From Psammoneis japonica (Eukaryota): 64,000 nt of DNA. Numbering within the stretch: the first letter of the stretch is position 1; each line of letters starts with the position of its first letter. Shown here piece by piece: positions 58,837 to 64,000 of the stretch. The position numbers were made by a program, and so were the translations under genes. The stretch is from positions 620,001-684,000 of the forward strand of contig QPGO01000026.1 of NCBI GenBank assembly GCA_008632985.1, given 5' to 3'. The notes below the pieces were generated by a model that made no database searches, was not told the origin of the DNA, and was given only the letters and a program-made list of their open reading frames with translations.

Positions 58837-59439
58837 ACGCAAAGTTTACCAAGGGTATTGGGAGTACCTTGCTGGAGTGTGAATGACTATCCATGCTAAA
58901 TGCTCATTTCAGCTACAATGATGAACAAGGATATCCTTATATTGGGATGCAGAAGAAGCACGTGAGAGGACTCAAAAAGCTAGCAGCAAAGATTGAAGGA
59001 GTCATGTGAATTGTTCAGAAGTTCGCCTCTTTGGGGGCAGCGACGACTTTTGCAAGCGTCCTTTGAATCCTGTATTGCCAGATTCACTACGTACATTTGC
59101 CCCGCGCGAAACTCATCTTTGAAAGAACTACGGCGAGCTGAACCGGGACAAGTTCAGTTCCTTGCTAGAGTGCCTAAGGACAATATCGGGAACATGGAAC
59201 GATGACATGAGCGTTTCATGTCTCGTTCGCTTGTTAGTTCAATAAGTGCCTTTGAAAACTCTCAACGCCAGCGCTGCTCACAGCCGTGATGGAATCCTGA
59301 TTCTCGTCCTCGCTGCCGTCGTTTGAGGATACCGACAAGTTGGTGTTAGTGTCTTTTTGACTTTTCTAAACTAGGCACGAGGAGAAGTAAATAAGCTGCT
59401 TATAGAAGTAGTATATAGTGAACCAAGTATGTGCCCAAC

Positions 59440-61899
59440 TCACTTCAGTCGTCTCGTCCGATCATCCATGTCTCGATCTCGTTTCTGCCGGTCACTGTAG
59501 TCCAAGCCATGGAATCCACCCCCGACTCGATCTCGGTTTTCCCAGTCAACGCCACTTAGAAATTCTTTTATACTTTCAATAACTTCGTGTAAAGTCATTT
59601 CAGTTACACCATACTTCCTTCCCAAAAATCCTTTCATGTTTGCTCTTGCCAGATCATCATTATACCTCTGCACAAATTCATCCTGAGACTGAGCTGTTTG
59701 TCCTTCATTTCTCAGTGCGCAAAAGCACTCGTCGTGGCCGTCATAAATGTGGCGAAAATCAAACGTAACATCGCCAGCATCAGTTAAAACACGGAGCTTC
59801 CTGTCAGAAGCGTCATTGAAGAGACGGGCATTTTCCCCGCACCCCCTACACCTACCCTTGACTCTAAACCGAAGGCTCCTCTTCTTTTGCTGCTTTGTTA
59901 CAATATTCAAATCTCTGTGTCTTAGCATTGGCTGCTCTTCGTCTTGGACACTCACTTCCGTAATGTAGCGGAACTCTGGGTCGCAGTAGGACCTGCATGG
60001 ACGTGATAGTGAAAGCGGTTAGTGTGAGATGTTTGAATGCGGTGTTTGACGAAAAATATTCCTGGACTTACGTTGCGGCAGAGTTGTATTCGTTCAAGAA
60101 ACTGTCACCGAGATAGCCAAAGTCTTTCTCCAAGGGATCACCCGTGAAATCCAAGTCATAGTCACTTTCAAACACATCTTGTTGCCAATCGCAGTTAACC
60201 ACCCCATATTCTATGACAGTGTTCACCGATTTCAAATTCGATAAGCTTCCATGGGCCTCAGTCTCGAAGAGCGCTTCTTGGAAAGCATCTCTGAATTCTG
60301 CCTCCATGGGTGCGCGATTTTCGGTAAGGCCTCCAGCGCACTCGCAGGTTGTTGGCGTCTTGTCCGCCAACACAGAAAGGACCTTCTCCTCGTTTCTACG
60401 ATTGCCGGCGTCAAAGAGATGTGTGTCTTCTGTGCAGCCAATACCTTCGCAACTTCCAGTGACTCTATACAGAAAGTTTCGTGAGGTGAGTTTGTGGCCT
60501 TCCATGTGTTTCAAGATGTGGTCCGTCTCTACCACCGTGACTCTCTCCACAACCCGTTTCGAATCCATGTCGCAAACATGCTCTTCTTGACTGGGGGCAT
60601 TAAGAGCATTGTACGTGTCACGAAATGCGCTTTCAAGGATTGGAAATATCTCTTCATTGCTCTCGTCGGGATCGTGCAGCGTGTGTTCCACAAGGGCGTA
60701 CGTTTCAAAGGTTCCCGAACGTTTGCAGGACGAAAGACCTTTGACATGCCCCCCTACTGACTTTTTTGTGGTAGTCTGTGCCTTAAGACCTCCCTCCGAC
60801 TTGTTTGTCGTAGCTCGTATCGGGAATGGAGTTGGTTCAGCCGTTTCTCTTGTGGTTGGCTCGGGCGTCGGCTCCTGAGTTGAGGGTATCGTTGGCGGTG
60901 GTGTTGGCGAAGGCGTGGGATTCTGGGTGAGAGCACGTGCCGTGGCACCACCGCCTGTCTCACCGTTCTGGTCTATGCCTTCGGTTTCTAATTCCTTCGT
61001 CAGCGGGCTTCTTGATGGGGAAGAATTAGAAGCTGCGACTTGCTTCTGAGGGTTTGGAGCTTTACACCGTCTCTTCACCATGAACTTCCCACCAACGACG
61101 TTCCCTTGACAAGAGATCTTCCTTTTGCGCCATCGTTATTCTTGAGTTTCATTTTCTTACCTGAATCATTGTCTTGAAAAACTAACGTTGAGTTGTACGC
61201 ATTCCCACTAAACACGATTGAGTCAGTTGCGACGTTGCCAACAATATCAATGGCGTGGAACTTGTTTCCTTCGATGGCAATCCTCTTGGCGTTGGAGTTC
61301 ATACTGATGAAAGCTTTCTTGGAGCCCGTCACAGTATTCTTTGATACGATCAATGACTTTCCTTTCTTCAACATGTTGTTGACTATCTTGAGAGTGTGAA
61401 CAGAATTCTTATCAACTGTGATAGTGTCTGCTAGGACTCCTTGGATCTCGACACTGGAACTGGATCCGGAACTTTCGTAGACTTTAAGATTTCCGCCTAT
61501 ATGAACGTAGCATCCCTCTGCTGAAATGGAAACCTGGCTCGTTCTTTTTGCCTTGATACCCGTCTTGAACATTGGACAAACATTTTCTTCAGATGAAACA
61601 ACCAAACTGCTCCTACGTTTTAAAGTGATCTCTCCTTCAAAGGTGACTTGTCCAGTGATGATGAGTGTCGCTCCCCTATTCACTTGGACTTTATCATAAA
61701 TCGTGACTGGAGACGATCCCTTGATCCCTCCGTAAATTGTGCATGTCGCACCATTTGGTACGTTGACCTCGTCGCGTTCAAGACCTCCATGTCCGTTTAT
61801 CTCTCCAGGCGCCTTTGATGTGCCACACAAGAACTCACCCCTTGCAAATGGGGCACTCAACGCTAGCGTCCAAGAAACAAAGCAACGCATAGTCCTCAT
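59440..61899 (-). CDS. Large secreted protein: beta-helix-like N-terminus, Pro/Thr linker, two 'YN....CD...R' repeat domains
   Basis: Signal peptide at 61899; frame break near ~61080-61110; intron 59993-60071 (GTAAGT...CAG) joins SAAT-SYCDPEFR in frame to ORF 59440-59955. Confidence 0.7.
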
Positions 61900-62249
61900 T
61901 TTGGATCTTTTGGACTTGTTCTCAAACCAAACATGACGAGAAAAAATGGGATGGACGTCGTGGTGAAAACCATACCACCCGGGGCTTAATTAAAAATCGT
62001 TTGTAGCAGGACATTCTAAGATATTAGAATGTCTATGAACAGTGTCTCGTCACTGGGCATAATTTTACGATCATGTGCGGGTGCCGTGTGACGAGGAAAA
62101 GATGAAGGAGGGCTTATGAGGCAAGCATTGAATGACCTCACGTATTGCCCGAATCAACATTAGTCGTAGATTGATTCATTCGACTGAATTTGTCTATGAT
62201 CATCTCCGTGACTCATTTTCGTGGAACAATTTGAGGGTCACCCACATGA

Positions 62250-64000
62250 TTTGTTCTTGCAACATGACCAGCATTTCATTTTTTCATCCGCCGTGTGCTT
62301 CTCGACCCACTTGGTCCAGCACGCACCTGTTGGAACATTGGGGTTAGAGGCAGTTTTCACAGGACAGACACAGACAAAGACACACTGAGCGACGATTGTG
62401 GCGGGCAATGTGGCAAGTCGATCTTGTCAGATGCAAACGAAAAGGCAGCCAAGGCTTGGAAGCAGCTGGCGCTCATTCATCAAGATGAGGTGGAAGCACT
62501 TTTTTTAAGATTGTTGGCACAATTGGTTTGCAAGCTCAGTTGAAACAGGAGTGGAAACACACGTCCTGTGGCAGGATCATCCCGGACGGAAGAAATCACC
62601 AAAAAAGAAGATGGACCCAGCAAGGATGCCAATGACGCCTGGAACAAAAAAAAGGAACAAGCCATTGGTGGCGATGCCAGTGGAAGGTGCCAAGGAACAC
62701 ACTGGCAAGTCTTGAAAGACCTGCATCAGCGGCTCACATTGGGGGTTGACACTCACCCCAATCCAGCTGAAAAGGCACCATGGGTGTTGGACACACCTGC
62801 TGCAGGACCAACAAGAAACCGGGTGGCACAAGTTTTGCATGGAGTGAGATGAAGCAGATTGAGTGCTGGCAATGCAACAAGTTTGTTGGGCATGTGAGAA
62901 GGAGGGTTGCCCTGACAATGATCGTTCACTGTCAGCAGAGTTGGATGATGTGGGCCATTGGAATTGGCAGAACAGCCAACATGTTGTTGGGTTGCATGGT
63001 TTCCAAGTGTCATCCACCCATGCTTGATGGGCATGAGGTTGACCAGTTGACATGGCTTGTGTGAAGAAGTGTGTTGGAGCATCAAGGTCAGAGTCAGTTT
63101 TTGCAAGACAGACAGACAAAGTCACAGTGTGATGCACACTGGCGACAATTTTGGACAATGTGGCAAGTTTGTGTTTGCAACTTGGTTTGAGTTGCAGGTC
63201 TTGTTGTGTTCACTTTTTAGCTTCTGCACCTGGCCAACATGGCAACAGTGATTGACAACAATGGCAACGTGTTTTTGCAAGCCACGCAGCAGGCTCAGAG
63301 ATCATGGTGAGACCAAATGCACACCAGCTGGCAAGTGGTGAAGCTCCAACAGCAACAGGAGCTCTTCACGGGGGGGGGGGCATGCAAAAGCACTTTGTCT
63401 GTCACTTTTCTTGCTTCTTTGCTGAACAGCTGGGCTGGCTTCACTTTTTGTGCATGCTCAGCTGGGTGTTCAAAGAATGCTTCAAAGCAGCAGCACAGCA
63501 ACATTGGTTTGGTGCTTCAACCTGCCCACATCTTTGCTGAGCAATGTGTGTGTCACACCACAGCAGTTGTGTTTCTTTAACTTTTCTCAATCACTTGTTG
63601 TTTGCAGGCTGCTAGAGAAAAAAGGTGAAAGCACACTGTGTGCAAGCAAGAGATGCCAGCACACCAGTGTTTGGAGGAACCAAGCCTTCAAATAGAAGCA
63701 CAAAAAAGCTCAACAAAAAGATGTTGATGTTGTGCCAGCAAGGACTTCTGGGCTTGTCATTGGTGGTGTTGGATGGCACCTGCTCTCTTGTGCTGCCTGC
63801 CTGTGCAATCTGGGTGGCAGCAGCAGCAGCCATTGGTGCACATGAGTGGGCAAGCAAGTTGATTGGCACCCCACCATGGCAACAAACGGCTGACTCACTG
63901 CTCTCTCTTGCCTCTTGCCATGGTGTGCAAGAAACCAGAGCTGCTCTGACAAAGCATGCAGAGTGCGGCAGCATGCCATGTCGACTGCATCATGCTGGTC
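62250..64000. other. TpA/CpG-depleted domain IV (runs off the window); may include a non-LTR retroelement C-terminal remnant (~62700-63000, +)
   Basis: Abrupt loss of TA and CG after ~62230; weak QQSWMMW..HWN similarity to a W..W..RN motif. Confidence 0.75.

Overview
Eukaryotic nuclear DNA, almost certainly from a diatom (ASAFAP-type plastid presequences, short GT-AG introns, DUF6824-type genes, CoDi-like copia remnant); the species cannot be determined from the sequence. Gene-rich flanks (1-14.2 kb, ~48.6-62.2 kb) carry an FkbM methyltransferase, an amidohydrolase, a head-to-head plastid FabB/FabH pair, three DUF6824-type genes, DNMT2, a GT32 glycosyltransferase, a GNAT-like/ankyrin protein and secreted or low-complexity proteins. 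Several genes show 1-bp indels that look like assembly errors. The main observation is sharply bounded domains (~14.3-23.3, ~24.8-40.6, ~42.05-48.5, ~62.25-64 kb, plus a patch at ~8.6-9.0 kb) where TpA is almost absent and CpG is reduced, in favour of TpG/CpA. These domains hold transposon remnants and decayed duplicates of genes whose intact copies lie in the same window (apparent tandem-duplication junction at ~42,508). That gives the direction of change: TA->TG/CA (A-to-G at TpA on either strand) and CG->TG/CA. TpA loss is more complete than CpG loss, depends on flanking bases, spares the intact copy and spares two embedded gene islands. It looks like a repeat/heterochromatin-targeted mutational system whose TpA outcome is opposite to fungal RIP. 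A base-calling artefact at modified bases must be excluded. All counts and alignments were done by eye.
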